A stretch of DNA of 64,000 bases from Gonapodya sp. JEL0774 (Eukaryota): the NCBI GenBank assembly GCA_027604505.1, contig JADIIX010000091.1:1-64000 (forward strand). Direction: 5' to 3'. Positions within the stretch are counted from its first letter, which is position 1. Every line of letters begins with the position of its first letter. Position numbers and translations under genes: made by a program. The notes below the pieces were generated by a model, which had not been told where the DNA came from, ran no database searches, and saw only the letters and a list, made by a program, of their open reading frames with translations. Below are positions 25,684 to 39,025 of this stretch, piece after piece.

Positions 25684-26226
25684 GACGGAGAACCTTTGGC
25701 GGTGTAAATTAACTGAGTGTAACTGAATTTCCGCAATCATATACCTCTGTACCTTTCCTCGTTGACTGTGCTTCACAGTGCAACCGGTTGCAAGTTCTGG
25801 TCGTAAGCTGATGGTACATTCATCCCCATTAATAATTTTTAATACATACTTCTCTCGTCTGTACATCTTTCGAGTACTGTTAGAGGAACTCTCCCTCATT
25901 CCAATCTTCTCTGTTTACCGCCTTATCGCCAAAAAATGACTATCCCGCTATCAAAGTACTCAATCATGTCCTTCTTCCGCATCTCAACTCACCGCTTCGT
26001 AGGTCGCCGCCTCTCCACACACCACTTGAAACTAGCAGGCTCTACGCAGTCGGTTGCCCTACTCTCTCTCTCAATGGAATTTCTGGAACGGCGTTGGGCC
26101 GCCCACTTACAGCTTCTTCAGCTTCAACAATGTCCGCCCAGCTCATATCTTTGACAAACATGAGATTATTGGTTAGGCATGCGCCTGGTGGATTTAATGC
26201 AACCATGCTCTCGGTGTCTGTGGATT

Positions 26227-27230
26227 CTATTTATGAAGCGCCATGGTGAGCAATGCGATTGATGTACACCAGATGTCAGCTCCAAGGACACTCACGGGGC
26301 ATTGGGCAGTCATGCAGCATATGCCTTCCGCATGTTCGTCCACTTGTTCTATGCTTGCAGGAGTTTGGATCCGTGGTAGTGGACTGGGACTCGCACTCTC
26401 TTCGTTCACGCCGCCTTGTGAATCAAGATTTGCTCCTTCATAGCACACACACTCTTGGAGCAGAATCTGATACTTCGTTAAGGAGACCTCGAGGGAATTC
26501 TTTTTGTGTCTCGCTCTTGAGTCTTTGTGCGGAGGAACATTCATTTGCTTGTGGATGGAGGACGTGATGAATAGGGATTGCTTGGAGAACAGCCAACAAT
26601 TTGGAGGTTGAGATCTTTGATGGGACAAACTCCGGTGCAAGTGGGTTGAGTAATGTAGTAGAAACAGATCGGAGATGGCCCGTGGTTTGAGGTGTATTGG
26701 GACTCGGATGATGCACGTTTAGCGACTTGTAATTGGCAGTGACAAGGTGAAAAGGAATTGAGGAGTTGAACAAAAGGACGGAAGTGGGGACCAGGGTTGC
26801 AAGGTGGGTCTCCGAGAGAGACCGCCATGGCGCAGGGGTTCAGTAGTCTTGGAACAAATGACTTCGTGAAAGGGTTGAAGCGAAAAGGCGATTTGGTTGC
26901 AGAATACGGAGGAGACGTTTGTGGGATGAATTCTTTGGAGGTCTTGGTGGAGGGGGATCAGCAAACAATTTGTAATTCATAGATTTAAAGTTAGTGTGGG
27001 GTAAAAGCAACCGAAGCTATGAGAGAGTATTTGTACCTTGAGGTGTTACCGAGATCCACAGGTTTCGGAGTGAGGGACAACTGTGCGGGACTGGGTGGAA
27101 CGAATTCTGGGGCAAGGGGGTTTAGGGACGACAGGTTTACCAATTCTTCCGTTAACGTGAGGCTAGATGACTCCGTGGAGGCAATCTTAATAGGTTGTGT
27201 AGCTGAGCGGCGTGGGTGAGACGTGGTCTT
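26227..27230 (-). CDS. Part of an unannotated low-complexity protein with two PAM2 (PABP-binding) motifs
   Basis: LNPLAPEFVP is encoded twice (27096-27125 and 26621-26650) with only synonymous differences. Exon boundaries and 5' extent are unresolved. Confidence 0.45.
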
Positions 27231-29929
27231 TTAGGCGCACCTCCCCATGGACGTTACAGTCCCCAAGGTGTGACGCTTTTTCCTGACCCCCTTAAGTTCA
27301 GCGACATCATGCGGTTAAACTCGAGCATTACGGCGTTCTGAGTGGTGGTGTCATCTGAGGCGGGTGGTGAATTAAGGGAATTGGTGGCTCCTTGGACTGG
27401 GGACAACCAGCCTGAACTGGTGTCCTTGCTTGCTTACTTTGGATACGTGCGATTCCCTTTTGATTCTCATGAATTGAGTTGTCCATGGTGGCATTTGATT
27501 TTTCTACGTCAGAGGGGGCCCAGCGATAGGAAGCATGGTGTGTGTCCACAACAATCGACCCCAGAAAGTATCGCGGAGGAATTATTCAGTTTGAAACTTA
27601 CCGTTACAGTACTTTGTACTGGCTTTTGTAGTTATGGGCAAATCATTGGCTGAGGCTTCTCGGCTCTCTGTCACACTGTCCCCAGATTCAACTGGTCCAC
27701 CTGCAACATGCACCGATCGGGGAGTGATCCGCAAAAGAGATTTCATTCCACGAAGAATTCGAGAACACTGCTCCCTGGTTCTTTGCAGGAGACGGTTTCC
27801 TTGGCACGGCGGAGAGTAAAGCGGACGAGAGGAAGGTGGACAGCTGGCCGGGGGGCTAGGGGATGGGAAGCAGAGCATTTCTTGCTTTGTCGCTTGGTCG
27901 ATCAAAGAATGAAAGAAGCAGCACTAAGCAATTCGTTTTGATCTGCCAAAATTATGGCACAACCAAGACGATGCTGAGGTGCGAAGACCGACGATCGCTG
28001 CCTGGATTGGAATACCTTTCAAAATTTGAAGGAGATTCCGCCTCGCTCCACAAAATAACCTCGAGACCTCCTGCAGGATACGTGAATTCTCTAAATTAAT
28101 GTTCCCCTTCAGTTTCTTTGGGCTTTGGCAATTTCATTTGAACTTCCAGTAATCACCATGATAAAGTAATCGGTCCCGTACATGATCCAATTCAGTTTCA
28201 AGGACTCGAGAACACTGTAACAAGATAAGCTTGTGGCGCGATGAAACACCGGGAAGCATATGTCGGTGAACTCGGTGAAGATTCATCATGGTGGACGGCT
28301 TGTTGCTCTGTCCCACTTCCTCTCAATCTATCAAATAAATTTGCAGTCAAACGATGCAGGGTACCCGGGTGGCATCAAATGCGAGCTTAAAGCTTTTTGT
28401 TTGAGCGCCTTGATTCATTCCGGGATCTGTCGCTGAACATTGCCTCGATGCGTCTGAAAATTGAGTCAACACGACCGAGTCAACCGGATAAACGGGCCCA
28501 TTGTTCGATGATAGCCCTCATCGTTGGCAACGCATTGCAAAAAAGGCTTTCGTTGCAATCCGAAGAGGCGGTGAAGTTGGAAAGACGTCACGGACGAACG
28601 GAACAGTACAATACCCACGTCATTCGTCCGCTTGCCAGAGCCAAGAAAGCACAAATTCTGTCACGAGAAACGCTGAAAATAGGTCGATTAAGAGCCATCA
28701 AGCTGCTGAGACTCCTTTTACGGCCTATCTCGTGATCGAAGAGTGTCTTGACTTCTCTTCATTTGGGTTCGGTCGGCTTTCCCAGTCGCATCCGGCCGGA
28801 TTCTTGGCATCGAGCAGTCAGCCTCAAATCCAATAAGTCATGCAGCATCGACCGGGGGAAAACTTCTCCGCAGCAGTTCCCGTCCATGACAAATTGATGG
28901 CCTGCCGAGAGTAGCTTTCTCAGTCGCAACGTCCGCTTCTTTCCGTTGGCTCTTCTCACAATCCATGCAATTTGCTCTCCATTATATCGACTAGATGCTT
29001 CACTCTCGATTGGTGGTGAAAGGGAGATGATGGAGTCGGGGTCTCTCAACAACACACCAGACAACGTTCGGGATCGGCCGTTTTTGGATAACTTGTACGT
29101 CTCATGATTTTGCTCAGGCTCAAATGGCAGAATATGTCGCCTATTACGGTACATAGTGGGTGCTGGTTGCAGCAGGCGGATCCCTTCTCCGCCACCACCC
29201 AAAAAAAAAAATGACAGCCCACAACACCCCTCACCCGGATGAGTCCCAGCCAAGATTACACCGGCGGAACGTCTTTTCGGTCAACTTCGCTCAATTTAAG
29301 ATAACTGCGAGTATGACCGCTGCATCCCGGTTCCGCAATCGTCGAAACCATTCAAACACGCCGTATTCGCTCACCAAATCCTCCGCCAGTTTCCCTGGTC
29401 AGGGTGACCGGAACATAGCGGAACAGGCACAGACAATCATGACAGGATAAGTATTATCAGCCTATGATACCCAGAACCGGAGTTGCACCGGAGCGAAGCC
29501 GGTACTCATACTCGTTTCGATTGACTTTGTCTCACAAAACGCCGCTACAACGAATATCTTGCCCATCACCATTATACTTAGAATGATGGACAGGAACTGC
29601 TAAATGGATTCTGGAGCTCCAACGTAAGGGAGTCAATGAACCCACAGAAGACCTGACCCATTCACACCGTGAATCAGCTTCCGAGGTATTCGTCGACAAG
29701 GATGCTGAATACAGCATATGCCTCCGGTCGTTTTCTCGTCGAATGAAACAACTTGTCGCACACTGGCTTTCTCACGTGTGAGGTCTCAAAGACCCTTGAC
29801 CTGCAACAGTATTATGTCGATTCAAACACCACTGCATTATCTATTATGTATCACAGCATCATGACGCGCTGACAATCTCTTTGTATGTATATTAAGAAAC
29901 CTGGTAATCGCCAGGCTGACCATATGAAA

Positions 29930-30650
29930 ATAGAAGTCGGTTTACTTTCGTTCCGAAAGAAGATTTCCGAATAGTAGAGTGAAGCACCCAGGGTTGCTCT
30001 GGGCATGGGCGCGTGGCTGCTTTTTGAATCGAGCGAATGGACTGTGCAGATGATTCGTGGTGGAGGTTTTGAGTGTTGCGTTGCTTATATCCTCCACCCC
30101 GGCAGCTCCAGGTTGATTCTTTACAATTTTTTTTTAAAAACAGATGTAACCTTCCATGCGAAGCCCAGTGGGTTGCATTTTTTGTGTGGAGCATCCTTGC
30201 TGAGGATGTTGTCTGCGGCACCATTACAATGCACTAGGGTCCCAGTCTGCGCGACACGATTACCACAGGTGCGTTGTGCCACCTCGCAACAGAAAGGGAC
30301 CCATCTACCACTAAAACTATCTATCTCAAGGAGATTCCGAATGCAGAAACGGACGGTCACATATGCGACCTACTCCAGAAACTCAACCATCAGGCACAAA
30401 AGAAGAAAACACCACTCCTGGAATGAAAGAAAAGAAAATGGAAAGTCAAAATCGGGTAGTATGGCACTGAAGGATTTAATCCAAGTTTGAAAAACGGAAG
30501 AAGGCACATCCAAAAAGAAATGGCATTCAGTTCCAATCAGCATAACACAGACAAGGGCAGCAGAGTTCAAATTTTGGGAGGACAACTTACTGTAGCCAGG
30601 AAACTTCGTGGGGAAGATTTGGGACATGAACAGATCATGTAGGTAGTAAC
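29930..30650 (+). mobile_element. Degenerate retroelement RT remnant, possibly DIRS/Ngaro-like
   Basis: Stop-interrupted fragments SRFTFVPKEDFRIV, FFLKTD and WHSVPISITQTRAAEFKFWEDNL resemble RT N-terminal motifs and the DIRS RT-RNaseH linker. Confidence 0.35.
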
Positions 30651-31262
30651 GAACCCTGGAACACTCTCTGTGGTAGAGAAGAAAGGGAAGAGAGGAACGT
30701 AACCATCTTCATCACCTCAGTCCAAGGGGGGGCCTCAACAGACTCAATAAGAACAACAATCGAGCTATGCTCTCACCTGGATGAGTGCACACTTGGTATG
30801 CTGGAAGGTGCAGTGATGGTGCTGTTGTAGCTAGAGCAGCTGCAGTCATTAGAAAGTTGTCTGTCCCTGCATCATCAAGCTTGAGCTCAGACTCGTTGTC
30901 GAGCTGAATGTCCATCATCTCTGTGTTGGCCATCTTTGCCGACGCGTCGGGCCTGCCAAGTGCCACGGATTGGGAACAAATTGATGGCAGGCAACTTGAT
31001 GCAACAGGACAAGGCAAGTGATAGACGGAGAGCGGCAAGATGGGTGTATAATCAGTAATTCGAATGAATGGACTTTATGTCCTGGGCACAGTGAAACCCG
31101 CACTGACCAGCAGCAGCCCCTTCAACAATATAATATATTGCAGGTGCCAGGGTGTGCGTAACACTCACGTTGTTTCGTTACAACAACAAGATTGGATAGA
31201 TAGAGAAGCGGAAGTAAAATCAACCTGGTCTGCTGTATTATTATGACAATGCTTTGGCTCCC

Positions 31263-31365
31263 CGCTCTTCGCACGAAACAGTGACGCATTTGGCTCTTCG
31301 CACGAAAGAATGACTCGCTCTTCGCACGCAAGAGTGACTCAATCTTTTCGCTCTTCGCACGAAAG
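31263..31365. repeat. Four short direct repeats of GCTCTTCGCACG(A/C)AA with variable spacers
   Basis: Copies start near 31264, 31293, 31317 and 31350. Confidence 0.8.
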
Positions 31366-31887
31366 AGGCCCAGACTAAAGCTTTTCCGACAGTGTTCATT
31401 TGCTGCCTGCAGCTAGTAGCGAGCGCCTGCAATTAGCCTGCAGATAGCGAGCTTGTACGGTACATAATTTCGTAGACCCAAGATTCTGCCCGTTATTATG
31501 AATTGGTCAATTGTTTCTGGATTGTTTCTGGTACATAGCTCTGTTACGTACTCCCGAGAACGGATTCTGAGTCTAAAAATACATTAAACACAAGGCAGTT
31601 TCTAACATAAACACCGCCACAGTATATGAGCGTAGTATGGTTGTCGTATGCGTGTCCGTCACCTCCGGAGCACTGCAAATAGATATTGGCAGCAACAATT
31701 CGAACTCTTTTCATGCAGGCACAAAACTACTCCTGCATAATGCCATCTCTCCCTTCTTGAATTATTTTGATCCTCAAGTTTCACACACCTGGTTTCCTTA
31801 ACAGCTCATTTTCATGCGAACTGTGCCTTGTCGGTCAAAGTCCCGGTTCACAATTTTAATTCCATCTTGATCGCCGCATACGGTCGT

Positions 31888-34800
31888 CTAAGAGCGGCTT
31901 CTGCCGTCGCCTTTCTTCGAAGAGGACATTGTCCTCGGGGGAATTACCACAATCTCGCTAACCGCGGTAGCATCTGGCGAGAGACACGCAGAGGGGAAGA
32001 ACCCACTTTGAACCGTAGACTTGTTCAGACCCTGAGAAAAATTGCGAAATGCTGTCAATCTTAATTCACGTCATTGTTTGACACGAGCATCTAACCCACC
32101 GCAGACCACCCATCCGCGTACTGGAAGAGACTCACAACCCTTTCGCCAACATTTAGGGCCAACTCGTCTTTTTCACGTGGTTCATAGGGACTCACGACGT
32201 ACAGCACACGTTTGACAGGCGCAGGAATTGCCGGGAGGGACGCATGCGTGGCTATTGGTAGATCCCGAGGTCGGACAATCTTGGAACCATTCGTCTTGCC
32301 CGTACCGTTGCCATTCCGACCAACGCCGCTGAGCATCCCATTAGCGCCAGAAACAGTCGAATTTTGAAGGACCCATTCCAACTCCGCAACCCTCTTTCGT
32401 TGCAACTGAAGATCCGTCTCTGCTACTGCTCGAAGTCTTGCCTCTTCCGCACGAATTGCATTCTCTTCGGTCACAGCTCTCTCCAATCTCTCACGCGTAG
32501 TGACGGCCTTCACTGCCCGACTGCGCTCTGCAGCAAGCTCGTTCTCGAGCCTAAGAAGCTGGGCATTGTCAGGCTCGATTCTCACTTTTCTCAGTTCTTG
32601 CAACAGCCGTTCTCGCTCCGCAACAAGATCTTCCACTTGAGTTCGAGCCCCAGCGAGCTCGGATTCGAGAGCCCGTATTCGGTTTGTGCTCGAACCGGGG
32701 TCTGGAGTCAAGCCGCGCTGCATTAACCCCTCCTGCATGGTAGCTACGTCGGCATTCCGCGCTCTTTCGGATGAGAGCTCAATCTCGAGCCAGCGACGTT
32801 GCTCCTTCAGTTCTTCGGCGAACTCGCGTTCGGCAGTCAGCTGTTTCTGCAGCTGCTGGACCTCGGCTTCCAAAACTGCGGTGAGATCCTCCTTGGCACT
32901 CTTTTGAAGCTTCTCACCCTTCTTCACATTTTCCTTGAGTTGACGGAGTTCGTCAGCTGTCTGACGATAGCCCTTGTACATTTCCTAAGTGTGAAACCAC
33001 ACATAAGCGAGGCGAACGGTTTTCAGTTTGGAAATCAAAACTCCACACACCTCTTCAAGTTCTGCAATCCTGTCATCTCGCTCAGTTACCTGTGCGCGCA
33101 ACGAGTCTACATAAGCCGCCATTTCGTTCTCGTCGCCGGCGGCCCTGGCGCCCAGATCTTCTTCTAACAACGCAATCTGATTCATGAGCTTGGTAATCCT
33201 CTCTTCCCTCGCGCGCACCTGGCCTCTTGCCTCCTGTGCCTGCCTCTGAGCCGCACCGAGTTCATTGCCCATCGTCGTGAGGCGCTCGGTCCGGTCCGCC
33301 TTGGTTCGCGAGTGGGCTGCTTCGGAATCACGCAAACGCTCCTCGATAGAGAGGAGTTGCCCACGAAGAGCTTCCATGGCGGCACGCTTTCCTTCGTCAG
33401 CTTCAACCAAACGAGCTATACGAGCATCTCGTTCGCGGATAACAGCACGAAGACCACGAATAATGGCGGATGGGTCCGCCGAGTCGGAGGCATCTGTGGC
33501 GACATCAGCAGCCTCCATGTCCGCAGGGCCCGCGATGTGCTCATTCTTATCATTCAGGTGTTCCACACTGATTGAGCCGAACAAACCATTGGCATCCTCC
33601 AGTCTCTGTCTCTCGTCCTCCAATGCCAACACTCTTTCGTCTCTCTCCCTCAGCATTTCTTCCAGCTCCTGCAACCTGTCTTCCCTTTCCCGCATCTCCG
33701 TTTCAAGCAACGCCAGCCTTTCATCCCTCTCCCGGACGGCGTTTTCCAGCTCGACCATCCTTTTGCGTCCTTCTCGATCCCTATCAGCAGGGTCCGAGTC
33801 TTTATTGGCCAACACACGCTGCAGATCGTCCACTGTAGCGTCCAAGTCTCCTTCCAGCTCCGCAACTCGTGCGTCCAGTTCCGCGATTCGCGCCTCACGT
33901 TCAACTAGGACTGCGCGCAAGTCAGCGACTGTTGCTGGAAGTTCCACTTCATGGTCCACAATAGACTCAGATGGAAGTGGCGAAGGAGCGAGCGAAGGTG
34001 AAGGGTTGGAAAGTGTCTCCTCGAGCACAGCGCCTGCGGGCGGCTCAGCGGCAACCGCAAGGTTAACCGGCGGTAGCTCGCTCGGTGCTTCAGGACCTGT
34101 CGGGGCAAGACCTCCTATCCCCTTGGAGGATTGACGGTTGTGAGAAGCGATCCGTCGAGGATTTTCGGATGGAGGGGGCACCAACTGAGGAAAAGCGGCC
34201 TGGAGAGCCGCGACTGTCGTTGGCGATGTCGCCACCGGGGAGAGTGGCGGCTGTTTCGTGGCGTGATCCTGAACCAGCTCGAACAAGTTTGGAATCTTCA
34301 GGGCTTTGGCCCTGATGAGCGCCGTAGGGGTGACCGTGGCACCCCCTTCCAGAAGAACTCGAACCACCTCAAGTTGCGGCAGAAGAGATATCCAGACGCA
34401 CACCGCATCCCCATCTGTTGGATTGCGAATGAGGACCTCCCGTCCGGGGAAGTTGAAGAGGCGACGACCACGGGTGAGGGAAAATTCGAGAGCCGACGCA
34501 AACTTGAGAGCTTCGTCGTCATCCCAGCGCTCGTTATCCCAGCGAGATTGCGCTGTGTAGTATATAAGCAGAGCGACATTGAGAGTGAAACCGCAGGCCA
34601 GAAACAACTGTCTTGACCGTCCCACTAACTCACTCCAAGGAGAATGCCACCCTCCAATGCGCCACTCGATTTTTGAGTTGGGATCACAGCCTGTTCGTTG
34701 AGTTCGAGACAGAACGTGGCGAATGTTGGAGGTTGGGCTAAACGCGTGGCCTGATTCTCCCACACAACCAATAAACGTGCTCACCAGCCTCCAACAGGGC

Positions 34801-35022
34801 CCTAACAACGTCAGCCCGGCCACTTCGGATAGCGAGGGCAAGAGGCGGCTCCATGTACTGTGAGTCAGACCGAGTTGTCCCATCAGGCATACGCACATTG
34901 AGCGTGACCCTCTTGCGAGCCTCATTTGGATTCGCGCCAGCACGCAGGGATCTCTTGATTTGGTCGAGGTCAGCTTCCTCGAGAGCCTCGATCAGACGAC
35001 CATTAGCTCCTTCAGATGCCAT
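31888..35022 (-). CDS. Ankyrin-like N-terminus, long coiled coil and C-terminal SH3
   Basis: LRAGANPNEARKRVTL..PPLALAIRSGRADVVRALLEAG and VVRVLLEGGA, then an E/R/L coiled coil, then SH3 YEPREKDELALNVGE..DGWSA|GLN..GFFPSACL. Confidence 0.8.
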
Positions 35023-35379
35023 TGCGGAGGGAAGCTGGGGCCGGGACGGCTCTTTTCGTCTGGTGGCGCCTACTGTGGGATTCGAGCTGAAAGCTGTTGC
35101 AGCTGAGACTCGACCACAAATTTTCTCCGACCGGCTCTCCACGCGAGCCTGCTCTCAGAGGCACCGCGCACCGAATGTAGCGGAAGCTAGGTTATCCAAG
35201 TTTGTTTGACAGGTGAAGTGCAGCTCTGGCGCACACACAAAGGTCAGAGGCCACAACAAAACAGAAGAACCATTTCTTCTGGGATGATAAGAATTATGTC
35301 TTGTATTACGTCGCAATTCACATCTAAGAATGCTCTGCGATTGTCACAATGATATGGCATCGAGAAGAGACCCCTCTCG

Positions 35380-38300
35380 TTACCAAGTTTTGAATAGACT
35401 GCGCCAGCGCCCTTTCTCCGACGTTCCAACAGGAACGACGGACGAAGTTGCAGTTTGTGGTGTGGTCAACGTCGAGTCCTGACACCTTGCTCGCTTTTCA
35501 GTGCGTGTTTTGAACCAGCTAAAGAGCTTAAACCGCGAGCATGAGGATGAGAGTGTTGGGCCATGTACTCGAGTGTCAAGGTGAAGTTGGTCGCCAGAGC
35601 AATCTTCTTTTGATCCGGCACACTGTGTGATTGTTCTAGCCAATTTCTTTGCGTGTCTCACGAGTCTCTTGGCGAGCGAGGTGTTGCGAATGGTACCCGA
35701 GGCCTTGAGAGGAGGGTGAACCAGTACAATTTCGCTCGTTGATGAGCCAGCGCGCAAACAGTTCTCATTTGACGACGAGCAACATGGAATGCTTGTCGAG
35801 GAGGAATCTTTCGAGGCGACCTGGACGGATTCCTCGTTGCAGCCGCGATATCCAACGGATATCATTTTCCCACTTGGTTCAGCCGAGGCAACAGCCGCTT
35901 CTAATGTTCGTTCGTTTACGAAAATCTTCACGTTGTTACTGGGAAGTCGAGGGCACTCCATCAGCACTGGTGGTTGCTGAGAGATCAGAACGACGGTAAA
36001 ACAACACAAACGAGCAATGATTATGTAAAGTAGCTTCCTCGCACTGGAACGTATCATCTGCCTACCTGGTTGAAGTGAAGGGTGGAAGGGAGCTCATCAC
36101 CATCCGATTCACTTGATATGTGCGAAGAATTGTCCTCGGTCTTTTCAATAGGAGTTAGAGATGGAGGAGATGATAGAAATGGAGATTTGATTGTTGTTGC
36201 ATCGCCAGTAGTGTCTGAGGTTTGGGACAGTCCCCGTTGGTCCTCTCCCTTGAAATGTTTCATTACCGGCCCGCTCAAATCCAATGAGTCGTCAAGAAGA
36301 GATGAAGAGTCGACAGAAGCATTCAGAATCGCCGGAAAGACGGTATCGAGCTGGGATGTGACTTCTTGAGTTGTCAAACAAAAGAGGCCCTGGCTACCGT
36401 CATCAGTGCTGGGACCAACATCCTCCTAAATTGATCCCAAAAGATAGTAAACAAGGCTCTGATTGACCGGTCAACGCGTTTACCTACAAAGCCGATCGCC
36501 TGCCAGACCCCACAAATTCCACCCTTCACTTCATACTCCGATAAAGCAAACTGAGGACCGAATTCCAGGGCGACTGCCTCTAGATCAGGCCCGGTGGCGC
36601 ATAGTGTGATTTCATCGACTACCGGGTGTGTTGATTTTGGTATGGAATCGTCTTCATTGGTTTGAGGTGGTACACCTCGCCCTCCAAGCTGTGATGGCAG
36701 AGGTTTGCAATGCTGGCGCCAGTTGAGTACGTCAAAGATGAAGTCACTCACTTGCACAGGAGGTACCAACTCCGCCAAAAGGGCGGATTTTGCCGCCGTG
36801 AAGTCGGGGTTCAGAGATTCAGTCGGGAGCCACTAGAAGAACCGCGACATCGTTGGCCGGCTGTCATGAAAAACTCATCAAAAAAGCGCTTACCTTTCCA
36901 AAATAAACCACTTTGTCGATAATGACATAAGTCGGATCCTCGTGGAAGTGGGCCCGCTTCCAAGTAGTGATCACATGGCGATGTGGCTTGACCCTTCTAC
37001 CAAGGTGTCTTGACAGAATTTCGGCATCTTCGTAGTCGACTGTAGCAGCTCTGAATATTTCCAGTAGATATGATTGCACAGTTGTACAAAGCTGTGGTTT
37101 CACATAGGCGGTCGCGGATGCTGGCCCTATCAAGGGAGTATCAACGTTCCTTTTCAAGAAGTGCTCCGCGAGCATCTCGAAAGAAAATAGCCTATTTGAA
37201 ACAGGCACGGAATGGAAGTTTGATGCGGTGATGCCGGAGCTATGCAACTTAATGCATAATGTATGGAACAGAGTGCATAACGTTCTCTGAATCCTTCGTT
37301 TGACAGTATCAGCATCATCTGCAGAGGCATCAAGAAGTGCTTGTCTAGTAAAATCGATAATAGGGAACCTTATCAGGTTTGCAAGCTTAGCGAGGACCCG
37401 ATCAGCAAAGATTCCCAAGAGACTTCGTGGGGAGGTGAAGAGAGGATTTGGTACTTCTAGAATTGTCTGAGTTACGGATGGGATGCCCATTGCCGACCTC
37501 AAGTGGGAGATATAGGGTGAAGAGAAAATCTCCAATATTGGAGGTCGCCTTGCAGGATTCGGATGGGCCATTCGACCAACGAGTTCTTTCAATGCCGGGA
37601 ATCGATTCCATTCGGGCAAAAAAATCATCTTGCCGCTCTTTCGCCGGCGATTCTTTGGACTCCAACTATCGCCATCTGGGAGATGCCGAGAGAACAGGTA
37701 CTCGAACGCTGTAAAGAACACCATACCGCATGAGAACACGTCCCATGCGAAGCCGTCTACCAGCCCATCCTTGGATTTGAACTTCGTTCTTTCAGAGCGG
37801 CATTCAGCAACAACTTCATTTGGAGCATAGAGCTCAGAGAACCCCTCGGGACATACAAACGGGGTCATTATTGCGAAGTGTCCCAGCCCGGGGTCAATAA
37901 GAAGGAGACGTGGTCGTGCATGCTTCCCAGTACTAGTCCCGGACGTCGATTCTGGTGGACATATCAAGATGTTTCCGGGTTTGATATCGCAATTGCAAAC
38001 TCCGTTATGAGCCATGAACCTGAAGCAAGGATTCGTTCTCAAAGGCGCACAAACCCTACCACCACACAACGAAGTACTCACGCAACAGCATCAATCAACT
38101 GAATAAATACAAAGAGTAAATCTTGCTCCAGCTCGCTCCGTGTCCGCTGCCCCGTTTTTACCTTCTGTCGCTCCTGAGGCAACCAAACTTCCAGGTTACA
38201 TGCTCCCTCTTCATATTGCAGAACGAGAAAGACTGTTGTCTTATCTGTCAAAGTTTTCTCCACTTGAAGGATGTTGGGATGAACACCGAGAAGAATCCCA

Positions 38301-38851
38301 ATCGTTGCTTCCCATTGAACTCTACAGCAATCGAATTTGTTGAAAGGAGAGCTGTCGTCCACAGAAAGTGGTACGGCCTTGATGGCCACCTTCCTTTGTA
38401 GCTCAAGATCGAAGGCAAGGTGGACGCCTTCCTTTGCAGCTCCTCCGTTTCCCAACTTGACTCCAAGGAACTCGAATTCCAACCACTTCAGACCACTAGG
38501 GATTTGCTCGGCCGTGGGGAAGGGGTCACTTTTCTGGATGATTTGCAAATCGCTGGGGAGCTGCAGCATCCGATAAACGCCTGCCTTCATCTTCACTGAG
38601 TAGAAATGGAATGGGTGTTGGGTGTTGCGCACAGCCAGAAAGAGGGTTGAGCATGTCTTCGCATTGATCCAACGGCTTCGCACAGATGCATTCCACACTC
38701 CAAACTCCCGGCTCTCTCTCTCTCCGTCCATAGATCCCTTAATACGTACTACCCCGTCGTCCAGGCGACGAGCGACGAAAATCACGGCATTCTCGTCTAA
38801 ATTATATTTAAAGTTGTTTCTCCTGTGTGGATGCCTGCCCCGAGTGCTCAT
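35380..38851 (-). CDS. Divergent Ser/Thr protein kinase with long C-terminal extension (multi-exon)
   Basis: LGNGG, VAIK, WEATI..HPNILQV, intron at about 38021-38081, then CNCDIKPGNIL, LIDPGLG, YAPNE, WDVFSCG and NPARRP. Downstream ORFs can be joined by GT-AG introns. Confidence 0.8.
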
Positions 38852-39025
38852 TGTGTGTCACCTGTCTCCAGACACTCCTGCGCAAACACACCGAGAACAT
38901 ATTTGATAGTCTTGACGAGCAAACAGAGCTTGGTTCGGAATCTGCACCTATCAAGATGCATGAAGCTGGATGCTCGCCAAATCGATGGAGGCTTGGCAGC
39001 CAAAAGGCGCTCAACGTTCACTGTA

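Noticed and set aside
31263..31365. CRISPR-like repeat-spacer array
   Set aside because: Repeats and spacers are too short and irregular, the context is eukaryotic, and there are no cas genes.
33265..34134. 289-aa Ser-rich + strand ORF (and similar ORFs over Nsp1 and the heptad repeat)
   Set aside because: Antisense or off-frame shadows of repetitive coding sequence.
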